Counted from the first letter of the stretch, positions 39,522 to 50,073 are shown. The stretch: DNA of 64,000 nucleotides from Waddliaceae bacterium (GCA_963724325.1 CAVRUH010000001.1:288001-352000), one strand, 5' to 3'. Numbers and translations are program-made. Notes: a model not told the origin generated them from the letters alone.

Positions 39522-41066
39522 CTACCTAACCGAGTTATTGACCTGAATAAACAAAGGAGCGAACACAAAAAACAAAAAGAGCGGGAAAAATGAGAGTACA
39601 ATAATCGGAATTACTATCTGGCCAAGTGTTACAGCCTTTTTCTCAATAAGAGTCATTTTCTTTACTTGGTAACCGTTAGTCATTTGAATCACCTCGTGAA
39701 CAATCGATTCTCCGTGTGTAGGGGCAATTACCATGATTTCGCAAAAATCTATAATGGTTTGAAATGGAAGCTTTTCGGCAAAACGCTGCCAGGTAACGGA
39801 ATGCTTTTCTCCGCATTCCATCGCGAATTTGACTCTTGTCAGCTCCTGCATCAATAATCTTGGAGCCGATTCCTTAACAGAATCTTTTGCAAATTGAAGG
39901 GCCATAATTGTGTTCAAACCTGCATTTAGACCAATTACAAAGACCCGAAGCACATCGGGAAAAGTTTCTACCGTTCTGACCAATTGATCTTCTACAAGTC
40001 CCTTTAATACGTATATTGCAAGCTTATAAGCGATTATTCCTCCCACCAAATATCCAACTATAAGAGCCCCCATGCTTGTTGCATACAGGGAAAAAACGTA
40101 GGTCATGGCAAAACCGCCAAAAATCGGCATGCAATGATAGAGATTCTTTTTCCATGGACTCCAGTCAAATCCAGAATAATCCATTAGATCATCTACGGTC
40201 AATTTTTTACCTTCAAGAAAGTGCTGGGTAAAGCTTCTCAAAGCAAATGTCTTAGCAAATTCCATCCCGGTGATGCGTGACATGACAAATATTCCGACTG
40301 CTGCCCATACAATCAAAAATATAAAATAGGGTTTTAATTGAGGAGAAAATAATTTTGTAATTTGATCTCGAAGCATCAAAGAGAGTGCCAGAAAAATAAA
40401 GACGAACATGCCTATGGACATTCGAGCATAACTACTGCCTGCAGCTAAAATTGTCCGAATTTTTTCTTCCGATTCCTCTTTGACAGTCAAGGCTTCGGCA
40501 ATTTTCTTTAAAAGCGGACTGATGCCTACGCCAAGATCATGATATTCTTCTAAAAGCGATATCATGTAACTTAGGCCAGTATTAGGAAAACGTTCATCCA
40601 AACGACGCAATAGTCCTCCAAGCTCAATTCCTAAGGCATTTTTTATCATAAGTTCATTAAAAGCAATTTTAATTTTTCCTTTAAGATAATATGCAGACTG
40701 CTCAAAAGCTTGCTCAAGGGTCATTCCAACTGATAGTCCATTAGCAAGAGCATCGGCAAAAAATGGGATGGAGTGGGCAGTTACTAATCTTTCTTTTTCA
40801 GTTATTTTTAGACGCCAATTATAAAAGTAATAAACAGGAGGAAAATAGACAAGAACCATCCAATATTCAAAATTTACTCCTGCAACAGCTGCCAAAAATA
40901 GAAAATAGGCAAAAACGCAATTTATATATGTCCATGAAACATTAATCTGCGGATCCATAAGATAATCATTCACCATGCCGCCAATTAATGATGCTTCAGT
41001 CACTTTTTTAACACCCATTGCCTTTGATCTAAGCGACTTGTGCTTTTTTAACGACAGGGTTTTCAT
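39522..41066 (-). CDS. Fused TadB-TadC inner-membrane platform (two T2SSF domains)
   Basis: Domain 1 IPFFADALANGLSVGMTLEQAF and domain 2 FPDVLRVFVIGLNAGLNTIMAL lie in one 514-aa ORF directly after tadA. Confidence 0.78.
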   Translation of the reverse strand: MKTLSLKKHKSLRSKAMGVKKVTEASLIGGMVNDYLMDPQINVSWTYINCVFAYFLFLAAVAGVNFEYWMVLVYFPPVYYFYNWRLKITEKERLVTAHSIPFFADALANGLSVGMTLEQAFEQSAYYLKGKIKIAFNELMIKNALGIELGGLLRRLDERFPNTGLSYMISLLEEYHDLGVGISPLLKKIAEALTVKEESEEKIRTILAAGSSYARMSIGMFVFIFLALSLMLRDQITKLFSPQLKPYFIFLIVWAAVGIFVMSRITGMEFAKTFALRSFTQHFLEGKKLTVDDLMDYSGFDWSPWKKNLYHCMPIFGGFAMTYVFSLYATSMGALIVGYLVGGIIAYKLAIYVLKGLVEDQLVRTVETFPDVLRVFVIGLNAGLNTIMALQFAKDSVKESAPRLLMQELTRVKFAMECGEKHSVTWQRFAEKLPFQTIIDFCEIMVIAPTHGESIVHEVIQMTNGYQVKKMTLIEKKAVTLGQIVIPIIVLSFFPLFLFFVFAPLFIQVNNSVR

Positions 41067-42400
41067 TTTGCCCTCTCATCTTTAATGTTGAGCAGCTCTA
41101 AATAATCTTTCAAAAGGCCTGATGTTACGAGTTTATTATAATTTTTCATTGTAGGTTGTACGTTAAACTGCTTGAATTCTCCGACGAGCTCCTCCGCAGT
41201 GATCTTTTCAATTTCAAATTTAAAAATTTCTTCAATCACAAGCTCTCCTTTCATACTGCAAGATACTTGAGAAATTGTCATGACTCTTCTAGCACCACTG
41301 ACGAGTCTGCTAACATAAATAATCAAATCAAGTGCACTTCCAATTTGCTGCTGAATGCTTTCGACAGAAAGAGCATATCTAGCCATTAAAATCATGTTGA
41401 GTAATCGAGAAATAACTTCCTCAGCACCACTAGCATGCAGTGTGACCATAGAACCATCTTGCCCGGTGTTCATAGCATGCAACATGTTAAATGCTTCGGC
41501 TCCTCTCAATTCCCCCAAAATTACACGGTCAGGACGCATACGCAATGCGTTAATCATGAGGTCAGCCTGAGTTACAGCTCCCTTTCCCTCAGGGTTCGGA
41601 AGCCTTGTCAACAAACGTACGGTGTGATGGTGAACCAATTCAAGTTCGGGCGTATCTTCAATTGTAATCATTCTTTCCCCGTGTCTAATCGAGGTTAATA
41701 ATGAGTTCATCAACGTCGTTTTTCCCGAACCAGTACCCCCGCAGACAGCAATGTTAAAACGAGCCTTAACAGCTATTTGGAGCAGACGCGCCATAGTTTC
41801 CGTGAGTGCTCCAGTTTCGACAAGACGATCGAGATTCAACTTCGAGAATTGATATTTTCGTATCGAAACTTTAATACCATCTATAGCAACGGGTGGAATG
41901 ATTGCATGGATACGGCTTCCATCCTCTAATTGAGCATCAAAGTAGGGAGTTCCTAAGTCAAGGTGCCTTCCTGCCTTCGACGCGACCCTTTGCACCAACC
42001 GAAAAATGTGTTCGTTATCAAGAAATCGAACATTTGATTTTTGAATTCTTCCAAGCTTTTCAATATAAATTATATCAGGTGAGTTCACATAGATATCAGT
42101 TATGTCTTCGTCTCTGAGTAAAGGCGCCAGCGGTCCAAATCCTGTGACCTCATCATAAATTGCGTCAACCAGCTTTTTGCTTACTTCTCCCTTAGGAAGC
42201 ACTTCACTAGTTGCAATAAGTTGTTCAATGTGGTGAAGCAAATAGAGATTTAGAGCTTCCGGATCATCTTGGAGTTTATCAATTTGATTATAGTTAAGAC
42301 TTTCGAGCAACTGCGTATGGACATAATGAACCTGTTGTAAAAATTCGAGATCCACTTGATCTTCTTTTTTTATTTCAGTTTCAGGAGTTGTCATATACAC
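41063..42400 (-). CDS. tadA: TadA/CpaF pilus assembly ATPase
   Basis: GFGPLAPLL, GGTGSGKTT, IEDTPEL, NALRMRPDRVILGELRG and AMNTGQDGS motifs. Confidence 0.95.
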   Translation of the reverse strand: MYMTTPETEIKKEDQVDLEFLQQVHYVHTQLLESLNYNQIDKLQDDPEALNLYLLHHIEQLIATSEVLPKGEVSKKLVDAIYDEVTGFGPLAPLLRDEDITDIYVNSPDIIYIEKLGRIQKSNVRFLDNEHIFRLVQRVASKAGRHLDLGTPYFDAQLEDGSRIHAIIPPVAIDGIKVSIRKYQFSKLNLDRLVETGALTETMARLLQIAVKARFNIAVCGGTGSGKTTLMNSLLTSIRHGERMITIEDTPELELVHHHTVRLLTRLPNPEGKGAVTQADLMINALRMRPDRVILGELRGAEAFNMLHAMNTGQDGSMVTLHASGAEEVISRLLNMILMARYALSVESIQQQIGSALDLIIYVSRLVSGARRVMTISQVSCSMKGELVIEEIFKFEIEKITAEELVGEFKQFNVQPTMKNYNKLVTSGLLKDYLELLNIKDERAK

Positions 42401-42522
42401 CTAATTGTTTTTTAAAATGTCACCATACCTGAACGTCATAATGCAAGTAAATATTTTTCTTGTTGCATCGATCCGATCAAATCGTTATTGTTACCTTTTA
42501 AAGAAAAAGGACAAATAATTTT

Positions 42523-44136
42523 ATGGCTCGAGACAGATTACTTTTCCTGATATCCTTCGCTCTTCTAGGGCTCGTAGGCGCCTTTCTATTCCGCCGCGAC
42601 GAAAGACCCCCTGTTGCCCTGGCACAAGTTCAAGATCTGCCAAAAGATAAAGACGGCCCTGCACAAGTAGTTCAGCCTGTTGACCCAAATGCAAAATCTC
42701 GCAATCATGTGTCGGGTAAACTTGCACCAGGAAAACGTGCTGTTCCTTTTGAACTCAATGCCAGGTCAGGCATCGCCCAGTTTATGACCCCTGGCATGTA
42801 TGTGGATCTTACATTTACATCAAAACCAGATTCCGGTTTTGGCTCTGTAAGCTTAAATTTAATAAAAAATGTCCGTATACTTGCCATCGGCGTCACCGTC
42901 GACGGTGTGGCCGTTGAAAAGAATACAACTGGATTTAAACCGAATTCACCTATTGAAGTATTACTTGAAATGACACCGAAACAAGCCGAAATTCTCTCTT
43001 TCGCAGAAAGGGCCGGCATAGTCTCTCTTGACCTCATGGATACCGAACAACCTGAGGAAAAGGGTAATTTTATTGAATCATTGTTAGATGCAGACTCAAC
43101 GGGTGACTTTCAATCAGCTTTGATAACTTACATGATGCGCGGCCTATTCTCCAACGTTAATATTTATGTCCGCGCTACACCCAAGGGATATATTGTCTCA
43201 GGAAAAGTGCCAGATCCGCAAATGGCAGGAAAAATAATTGAAGTTCTCACAAAGCTTTCACCAGGTGGAGATACCGCTATTGTCGACCTTATGGAAGTCG
43301 ATCCCCAACAAGTGCTCATATGTGTAAAAGTAATGGAAGTGACAAAAAATATCATGGCAAACTCAGGACTCAACTGGCAACTATTATATCAAAACGCTGG
43401 AGAAGTCGTGGGTGTTGCATCATTTTACCCGCCCTCGGGAACACAAAGTGCTGCATATCTTTTGAGCGGCAGCGGTATTAACTTCGGTAAATTTGCTCTT
43501 TCTTACCTAATAAATTTGCTTCAACAAGATAATGTCGGCAAAGTACTTGCTGAGCCCAATTTAACAACTGTATCCGGTGCCACAGCTCACTTTTTTGCAG
43601 GTGGTGAATTCCCAATTCTAATTCCACAAGGCGGAAACCTCATTGGAACCGTAACTGTAGATTTTAAAAAATTTGGCGTCCTTCTGGATTTTACCCCAAC
43701 GGTAGATCTTAACGGCCTCATTACCATGCACATAGTACCCGAAATTAGCACCATTGACCCAAGCCTTAGCGTTACGCTGCAAGGTTTTGTTATTCCTGGA
43801 TTAGTCACTAGACGGGTAGATACAGTGGTAAAATTGTGGCCAGGACAATGCTATATCATAGGAGGAATGCTCCAAGATGAACTTACGGAAGAGGATAGTC
43901 ACCTCTTCGGGCTAAGCAAACTCCCCGTCATAGGCGCTCTATTCAGCTCCAAATCATATCAAGACCAGCAAACTGAATTAGTACTCATAATTACCCCCTA
44001 CCTAATAACAAGCGAAAAAGAAGAACCTTGCGAGACTGCCTGTGAATACCTTCAAAGAGAACAAGAAAGTTTTGATTTAGAAGTTGAGTATCAAATTGAA
44101 GAATGTACTATTGAATCATTTATGTTTGGAACTTAA
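42523..44136 (+). CDS. Fused RcpC/CpaB and RcpA/CpaC secretin
   Basis: N-terminal part PGKRAV..GIAQFMTPGMYVDL, NVRILAIG, LEMTPKQAE..L (RcpC-like). C-terminal part QVLICVKVMEV, LAEPNLTTVSG..F.AGGEFP, FGVLLDFTP, KLPVIGALF, TELVLIITP (secretin). Confidence 0.85.
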   Translation: MARDRLLFLISFALLGLVGAFLFRRDERPPVALAQVQDLPKDKDGPAQVVQPVDPNAKSRNHVSGKLAPGKRAVPFELNARSGIAQFMTPGMYVDLTFTSKPDSGFGSVSLNLIKNVRILAIGVTVDGVAVEKNTTGFKPNSPIEVLLEMTPKQAEILSFAERAGIVSLDLMDTEQPEEKGNFIESLLDADSTGDFQSALITYMMRGLFSNVNIYVRATPKGYIVSGKVPDPQMAGKIIEVLTKLSPGGDTAIVDLMEVDPQQVLICVKVMEVTKNIMANSGLNWQLLYQNAGEVVGVASFYPPSGTQSAAYLLSGSGINFGKFALSYLINLLQQDNVGKVLAEPNLTTVSGATAHFFAGGEFPILIPQGGNLIGTVTVDFKKFGVLLDFTPTVDLNGLITMHIVPEISTIDPSLSVTLQGFVIPGLVTRRVDTVVKLWPGQCYIIGGMLQDELTEEDSHLFGLSKLPVIGALFSSKSYQDQQTELVLIITPYLITSEKEEPCETACEYLQREQESFDLEVEYQIEECTIESFMFGT

Positions 44137-44138
44137 TT

Positions 44139-44543
44139 ATGGATAATCCAGAAATTATTGCAACTTTAAAAAAGGTAAGCGTATTCTCTAAACTTTCCTA
44201 TGAAGCCTTAGAAGACATCGCAGGAGTAATGGTTTTGGAAAATGCCTCAAAAGGGGAGGTGATTTTCAACCAAGGAGATGAAGGTGATGGCTTTTATATC
44301 GTTGGGCAAGGATTAGTTTGCATTACACGCGATGGCAAAGAACTAGCCCGTTGCCAATCCTGTGAGTTCTTCGGAGAACTTTCACTCCTTAACAACGCTC
44401 CAAGAGCTGCCACAGTCACAGCTCTGGAAGATACTCAGTTATTATTTCTCAATAAGGAAGACTTTAATGACCTAACAGAGGTCTTTCCCGAAATACTAAA
44501 AATCTTCGTCAAATCAGCCCTCTCCTACCTACGCAAAACCTGA
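44139..44543 (+). CDS. Stand-alone cyclic nucleotide-binding domain protein
   Basis: IFNQGDEGDGFYIV and FFGELSLLNNAPRAATV motifs. Confidence 0.9.
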   Translation: MDNPEIIATLKKVSVFSKLSYEALEDIAGVMVLENASKGEVIFNQGDEGDGFYIVGQGLVCITRDGKELARCQSCEFFGELSLLNNAPRAATVTALEDTQLLFLNKEDFNDLTEVFPEILKIFVKSALSYLRKT

Positions 44544-44547
44544 ATTG

Positions 44548-45018
44548 TTAAGGCCCAACGGTGTACGTAACGGTGTTTGTTGCATTTGTTACGGCCATGG
44601 CTTCGACTGTTGCACATAAGCAATAAGTAATAGTGAGTCCCGATTCTGCAACATTAGTAACCCCAGAGACTAAACTTTGAGGCGTAGTAGTAAGAATTAC
44701 CTCCGAAGCAGACGTCCCTCCTGAAGGGGCAACTAAACTAGCTCCCAAAGTGACCCCCGTCGGTAATGTCGAATCCAACGAAGCATAAATATTTCTTCCA
44801 GTATTGTTAGTCGTGATAGCATAACTAGTTGAAGAATCCAGACACATGGTTGGTGGTTGACCTGGTGTAGCTGCACCTACAGATAAAGTTGCTGGATCAC
44901 CAGAAATAGAAATACAATCAATTGAACCCACAGAATAGGTAATATTGGCTGTACAATTTGTCGCACTGAATAATTGTTGAGTTATAAGCATGGATAAGAG
45001 TAATAAAATATTTCTCAT
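44548..45018 (-). CDS. Secreted Thr/Ser-rich beta protein (possible fimbrial or surface subunit)
   Basis: Signal peptide, beta-strand composition and terminal TNTVTYTV. Confidence 0.55.
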   Translation of the reverse strand: MRNILLLLSMLITQQLFSATNCTANITYSVGSIDCISISGDPATLSVGAATPGQPPTMCLDSSTSYAITTNNTGRNIYASLDSTLPTGVTLGASLVAPSGGTSASEVILTTTPQSLVSGVTNVAESGLTITYCLCATVEAMAVTNATNTVTYTVGP

Positions 45019-45097
45019 AAGAACTCCATTTTAAAAGAATTTATACTACAATTCAATCAGTAATGGATTAAAGTATTTATTACAATGTTTTTCTTCT

Positions 45098-47809
45098 CTA
45101 CCAGTTGTTAACCGGGAGCAATGAGCTTGGATGGCTAATCACAAAATTAGTGAAATTATCGCTGCCCTGAATGATATCAACTACACCTTCCCTGCAAAAG
45201 AATTTTGGTATTCCCCATACATAACTAATTTTGATCAGTAAATGTTCATGCTCATCATTTATGACCCAGTTTAAATCTCCGACGTTAATTAATAAAGGCA
45301 ACTTCTTAACATCACAAATACACAATTCTAATTGATAAGGATTCACCACTTGAATGCCCTCCTCAATAAGGGCTAGACGCAATTTTTTCGCCAGAACTGA
45401 TGGACTCAATTCATCACATGGTATAACCCTAAATAATTTCTCTAATGCTTTAGACAAAATTTTAATCCCTAGGCGTGCTAAAATCTGAGTCAAATCATTT
45501 AAGCTAATAGACACCTTCGAAAATTCATCCTCTATGATATCTTTTACAAGCTGAATGTGATCATCGTCTGTATGGCTGATAAGTTCATCTCTAAACATAG
45601 CAAAAGTCATATTACCCTTGTCAGAAAAGTATGATGTCATTTTTTCCGTCGTGATTCTATCTTTGGCAAATCTCTTAATGACATTTCTAATAAGTTGAGG
45701 GGACACAAGACTAGCCAACCTTTTCTTAGCTGGATCAAACATAGTTTCTTGAATAAAATTACGGAAAGAATTTCGATACTGCAATAAAAGCTCCCAACAA
45801 CTTGGAGTAAGGGTCCACGAATGGTTTCCTCTTGTAGATATCAATATTTTTGGAGCACGGCGAATGTTATCGAGATTCATGGATTGCATCCATTTTAACA
45901 AATTTTCTAAAAATTGATAGGGCGAAAGGCATTGATCTATCCGATGCTTAGATATTTCAATTCCATATACTAACCTAAGAGAAATACTTTCTATCCCTCC
46001 TCTCTGATTCAATATCATCAAATCTGCTTTCTTCAAATCCTCAGCCTCAATTTGTTCATCTTTTATTTTTTTAGCACAAAAATTTGCCAAATATGTTTTA
46101 TATCTTTCGGATTCAACCACCTTAAGAATTCCTTTCTTTTCCTGCTCCCTGCTCCTTCCAGTAAAAGAAAGTTCCTTGATGGCCTCTTTTACTACTTCTA
46201 TTACCACATCTTTCAAGTCTGAAATGGAATAAATAAGATGATATCCTCCACGACTATCTAACGAAATGACTCGCAAAGACCTTTCTAGCAGTCTAAATAA
46301 GGCCTCTAACTTTTTTCCACTTCCTTTTAAACCTCTAATTTTCTGAGTCCCTACCCAAAGTTCACCTCCCTCAAAACGGACACCACTTTCACAACGATTT
46401 TCCAACCACAATTGAGCACTTAATTTGTCTTCAATTTTCGTTCGCACATCTTTTTGAAGTTTTAAATATCCACCATCTTCAATCCCCGCAATGCAAGCCT
46501 CAATAACCTCATGCCTATGTTTTGTATCAATAGAGTTCGTATACATGAATTCAATAAGAGCAACTTGCATGTGCATCAACCCACTATATTTATAGCAATA
46601 AAACATCTGTTCTACAAAACGCCCCTCTTCCGCAACATTCAAAAGCTCTTTTAATGTTACTTTCGGCTTTTTCCATTTAATAGTTTCAGGCAGGTCCAAA
46701 ACCCCCCTCATATGTTGTATAGGCACAGCCCCCTTAATTTTCACAGGATCTACAAATATTTCAAAATCTTTTGAATTCGACAACCGCTCTTCAATCAAAG
46801 GACAAATCGGTATCGAATTTAATTCCCCCATTAAACAATGACCAGTCTTAAGCCAGTCTAATATCTTATTAAAAACGTCATAGGTGTTGTTTTCAGTCGC
46901 GTAAATCAAAGAACTAACCGCATAGCAATTAGGCGTATTTTCCTGTCTGACATCTGCAAAAAGAGCCATCAAACAATCATAAAAGACATGAACAGATTCA
47001 ACCCCTTCGATCCTGGCCAGCTTCAAATCAAGCCTTATAAGATCTTCTAGTGACTTATGAACTGTGACCTTGCTGTTGAAGAGCTTTTCAAAATTGTTAT
47101 CGGAAAGAATCTGCCGTACAATAATAACGATATGTGCCGCGTGTTCCGGCTGTAGATATTTTACAATTTTATGACAAGCCACTGTGAGAACAGTCTCAAT
47201 TGCAACAAGCCCTCCTCGATTAAAAACCTGCATAGATGTTAATGCCATGTGAGCAAATGCCCTCAACAAATAATGGGTTGCTCCATTCGGAATTCTAGAA
47301 TCTAGTTCATTATCCTTATGACTTCGTATATACGAATCCGCTTCTTTTTGAAGTACCTTTGCACGGTATGCGACAAGCAACTCTTCGTCAGGTATATCAT
47401 TTGAAGAATCCAAATAAAATAATATCATTCCTAATTCTGATATTTTATAATCGTAATCGCCATTATACAAAAGGCCTCGAATTCTAATTCGACATTTTTC
47501 ATTTAATTCAACATTGTCGAGTCGATACAACATTTTTTCTATTTCCATTACCTGATCGCGAATAGCAAAAAAGTTTTTGACATTAACTCCAAAAGGTGGA
47601 AAAGAAAAATTATATTGATAGTTTTTGAACAAGAACTTGTCAGTTATTTCAATAGTCACTGGGACATCGACCTCAGCTGGTAATTCATCCAGACAGATCA
47701 TCCTTACTTTTCGCACGGTGTGTTCTAATTTATCCAGATTTTTTAAAGGACTTGTCCACTTGCCATTTTCATTTTTTTCAAAAGATCTATCAAGAAAATT
47801 TGCTATCAT
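45098..47809 (-). CDS. Large hypothetical protein (903 aa)
   Basis: Long uninterrupted ORF with no recognised motif. Confidence 0.7.
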   Translation of the reverse strand: MIANFLDRSFEKNENGKWTSPLKNLDKLEHTVRKVRMICLDELPAEVDVPVTIEITDKFLFKNYQYNFSFPPFGVNVKNFFAIRDQVMEIEKMLYRLDNVELNEKCRIRIRGLLYNGDYDYKISELGMILFYLDSSNDIPDEELLVAYRAKVLQKEADSYIRSHKDNELDSRIPNGATHYLLRAFAHMALTSMQVFNRGGLVAIETVLTVACHKIVKYLQPEHAAHIVIIVRQILSDNNFEKLFNSKVTVHKSLEDLIRLDLKLARIEGVESVHVFYDCLMALFADVRQENTPNCYAVSSLIYATENNTYDVFNKILDWLKTGHCLMGELNSIPICPLIEERLSNSKDFEIFVDPVKIKGAVPIQHMRGVLDLPETIKWKKPKVTLKELLNVAEEGRFVEQMFYCYKYSGLMHMQVALIEFMYTNSIDTKHRHEVIEACIAGIEDGGYLKLQKDVRTKIEDKLSAQLWLENRCESGVRFEGGELWVGTQKIRGLKGSGKKLEALFRLLERSLRVISLDSRGGYHLIYSISDLKDVVIEVVKEAIKELSFTGRSREQEKKGILKVVESERYKTYLANFCAKKIKDEQIEAEDLKKADLMILNQRGGIESISLRLVYGIEISKHRIDQCLSPYQFLENLLKWMQSMNLDNIRRAPKILISTRGNHSWTLTPSCWELLLQYRNSFRNFIQETMFDPAKKRLASLVSPQLIRNVIKRFAKDRITTEKMTSYFSDKGNMTFAMFRDELISHTDDDHIQLVKDIIEDEFSKVSISLNDLTQILARLGIKILSKALEKLFRVIPCDELSPSVLAKKLRLALIEEGIQVVNPYQLELCICDVKKLPLLINVGDLNWVINDEHEHLLIKISYVWGIPKFFCREGVVDIIQGSDNFTNFVISHPSSLLPVNNW

Positions 47810-47907
47810 AATAACACCACCTAATTAATTAATAAAAATATAAACAGAAACTCATTTATGCACAATTACTTTTAACGAAAGTCGCTTATTATGATAAACT
47901 TAAGACC

Positions 47908-48894
47908 CTAACGATTCTCAAATGAGAATGATGTGATAAGCTCTTTGACCTCTTCTATACACGAGGCTTTGCTTATAGAACCTCGAAATTCCCGCGCGTT
48001 GCGCGACTTAGTGAAATACCAACACCCTACCCTGCGCATGTCGATTAATGCCCCAAGTTCAGACTTATAGGCAATAGAATGATTAAAATGCTCCAAAAGA
48101 CTGCTTCTGCGCTCTTCAACGCTCCGTTCTATGCCCTCAAGGCCATCAAAATAACGGATAATATCCTCAACAATCCAAGGATGCCCCATAGTCCCTCTAG
48201 ACACCAGCACCGCATCACAACCCGTATATTCAAAAATTCGCTTAGCGGCATCAGGATCAAATACATCGCCATTTCCAATAACCTTGATATCTTTGGCAAC
48301 ATCTTTGCAACTTTTAATATGATCCCAATTCGCTGGCCCGGTATATCCCTGTTGGCGCGTCCTGCCATGAATTGTAATTGCCTTTGCACCAGCCTTTTCT
48401 GCAATCTTAGTGACCTCAGGCGCCACTATCGAATTCTCATCCCACCCCGTCCTAATCTTCACCGTCACAGGAATCTTCACAGCAGCAATCATATTAACCA
48501 ATATTTCACCAATCATCTCAGGATTTTTCAATAATCCCGAACCACTTCCATCTTTCGTCACCTTGTCTACAGGACAGCCGCAATTCAAATCAAGAACATC
48601 AAACCCTTTTTCTTCAATCATTCTAGCTGCTTGAGCCGCAATTTTGGGATTGCTGCCGACAAGCTGACCACCAATAGGCCGCATAGACTCATCATAATCA
48701 AGCATGGACAACGATCTCTCATTACTCCTTATGATTGCGTCCATTTTCACCATCTCACAATACATCAAGCCCGGATTAAATTTAGCCGACATCATCCGGA
48801 ACGGATAATCGGAACATCCAGCAAGCGGAGCATAAAAAATGTTATTCGGCAGGACAGTGTCCCCTAAAGCAAATGGTCTTTTCAGGTATTTCAT
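47908..48894 (-). CDS. dusB: tRNA-dihydrouridine synthase
   Basis: APLAG, DLNCGCP, PVTVKIRTGW, IHGRTR and GNGDV motifs. Confidence 0.93.
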   Translation of the reverse strand: MKYLKRPFALGDTVLPNNIFYAPLAGCSDYPFRMMSAKFNPGLMYCEMVKMDAIIRSNERSLSMLDYDESMRPIGGQLVGSNPKIAAQAARMIEEKGFDVLDLNCGCPVDKVTKDGSGSGLLKNPEMIGEILVNMIAAVKIPVTVKIRTGWDENSIVAPEVTKIAEKAGAKAITIHGRTRQQGYTGPANWDHIKSCKDVAKDIKVIGNGDVFDPDAAKRIFEYTGCDAVLVSRGTMGHPWIVEDIIRYFDGLEGIERSVEERRSSLLEHFNHSIAYKSELGALIDMRRVGCWYFTKSRNAREFRGSISKASCIEEVKELITSFSFENR

Positions 48895-48895
48895 A

Positions 48896-49156
48896 TTAAT
48901 AAAACAGTTTGATTATAAGTTGGTTAACAAATGAATTTATGACTCCAAGACTCAAGAATGCGAAAACAGGACTAAAATCCATCATTCCCAATGGGGGTAT
49001 AAATCTTCTAAAAAAATTTAGATAAGGATCCGTGTAATAATTGATAAATTGCATGACCCTATACTGTTGAAATTCAGGAACCCACGAACCCAACACTCTG
49101 ATGAACAACATCATCGTGTACACAAAAAACAACCTGTCAATAATAATGATTAGCAT
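48896..49156 (-). CDS. yggT: YggT family membrane protein
   Basis: RVLGSW and TDPYLNFFRRFIPPLGMMDFSP motifs. Confidence 0.9.
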   Translation of the reverse strand: MLIIIIDRLFFVYTMMLFIRVLGSWVPEFQQYRVMQFINYYTDPYLNFFRRFIPPLGMMDFSPVFAFLSLGVINSFVNQLIIKLFY

Positions 49157-49267
49157 ATTTATCTATAATTTTATATAACTAGTGTCAGATATTTGACAGT
49201 ATTTGTCAATGATTAATTACTGAGAATTGCATGCCGTGGGACTCGGCATGCCGCAAAAACGGACATC

Positions 49268-50053
49268 ATGTTAGAAATTTATACAACCAACATCCTCTGG
49301 GTATTCGTACTCATGACCTACTTTTGGATCCTCGGAACCCGAATTAAAAATATAAGTGTAGTCGACATTGGATGGGCCTTCGGATTCGTCGTCTGCGGCG
49401 TTAGCGCTGTTGTTTTTGGACAAGGCGATCCATTAAAGAAAGGAATTCTCCTTCTCATGGTCCTCATTTGGAGCCTTCGTTTGGGATTCTATCTTATAAA
49501 AAGATTCCGTCTCAATTACGAAGACCCCCGCTATACTCAAATAAAAAAGAACATGGGAAGCAAATGGATAAATTCAAAAATATTACTTATGTTCTTATTT
49601 CAAGGGTTTTTGGTCGTCGTTTTATCCACTCCATTTGTCATTGTTTCTACAAATTCAATCTCCAATTGGAGCATTTTCGAATTTGCAGGTATTCTGATTT
49701 GGACTATCGGTCTAATTGGAGAAACCATTGCCGACCAGCAAATGTCAAAATTTAAAACCATCCATAAGGGTTCGAAAAAAGTCTGTGATATAGGCCTGTG
49801 GAGATACTCAAGGCATCCCAATTATTTCTTTGAATGGGTGATTTGGATCGGATTCTCCCTATTTGCTCTGCCTGCATCATATGGATGGACATCTATCATT
49901 TCAGTCGCCATCATGTATTACTTGCTCAGATACCTCTCTGGAGTCCCCCCATCCGAGGCCCAGGCCCTAAAAACCAGGGGGCGTGCCTACAAAGAATATC
50001 AATCAAAAACTAGCATTTTCTTCCCCCGCATGCCTAACGGGCGTCAACAATAA
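49268..50053 (+). CDS. DUF1295 / steroid 5-alpha-reductase-like membrane protein
   Basis: VDIGW, WSLRLG, EDPRY, ETIADQQ and GLWRYSRHPNYFFEW motifs. Confidence 0.88.
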   Translation: MLEIYTTNILWVFVLMTYFWILGTRIKNISVVDIGWAFGFVVCGVSAVVFGQGDPLKKGILLLMVLIWSLRLGFYLIKRFRLNYEDPRYTQIKKNMGSKWINSKILLMFLFQGFLVVVLSTPFVIVSTNSISNWSIFEFAGILIWTIGLIGETIADQQMSKFKTIHKGSKKVCDIGLWRYSRHPNYFFEWVIWIGFSLFALPASYGWTSIISVAIMYYLLRYLSGVPPSEAQALKTRGRAYKEYQSKTSIFFPRMPNGRQQ

Positions 50054-50073
50054 CCGTCCCTACCCAGCAGCAG

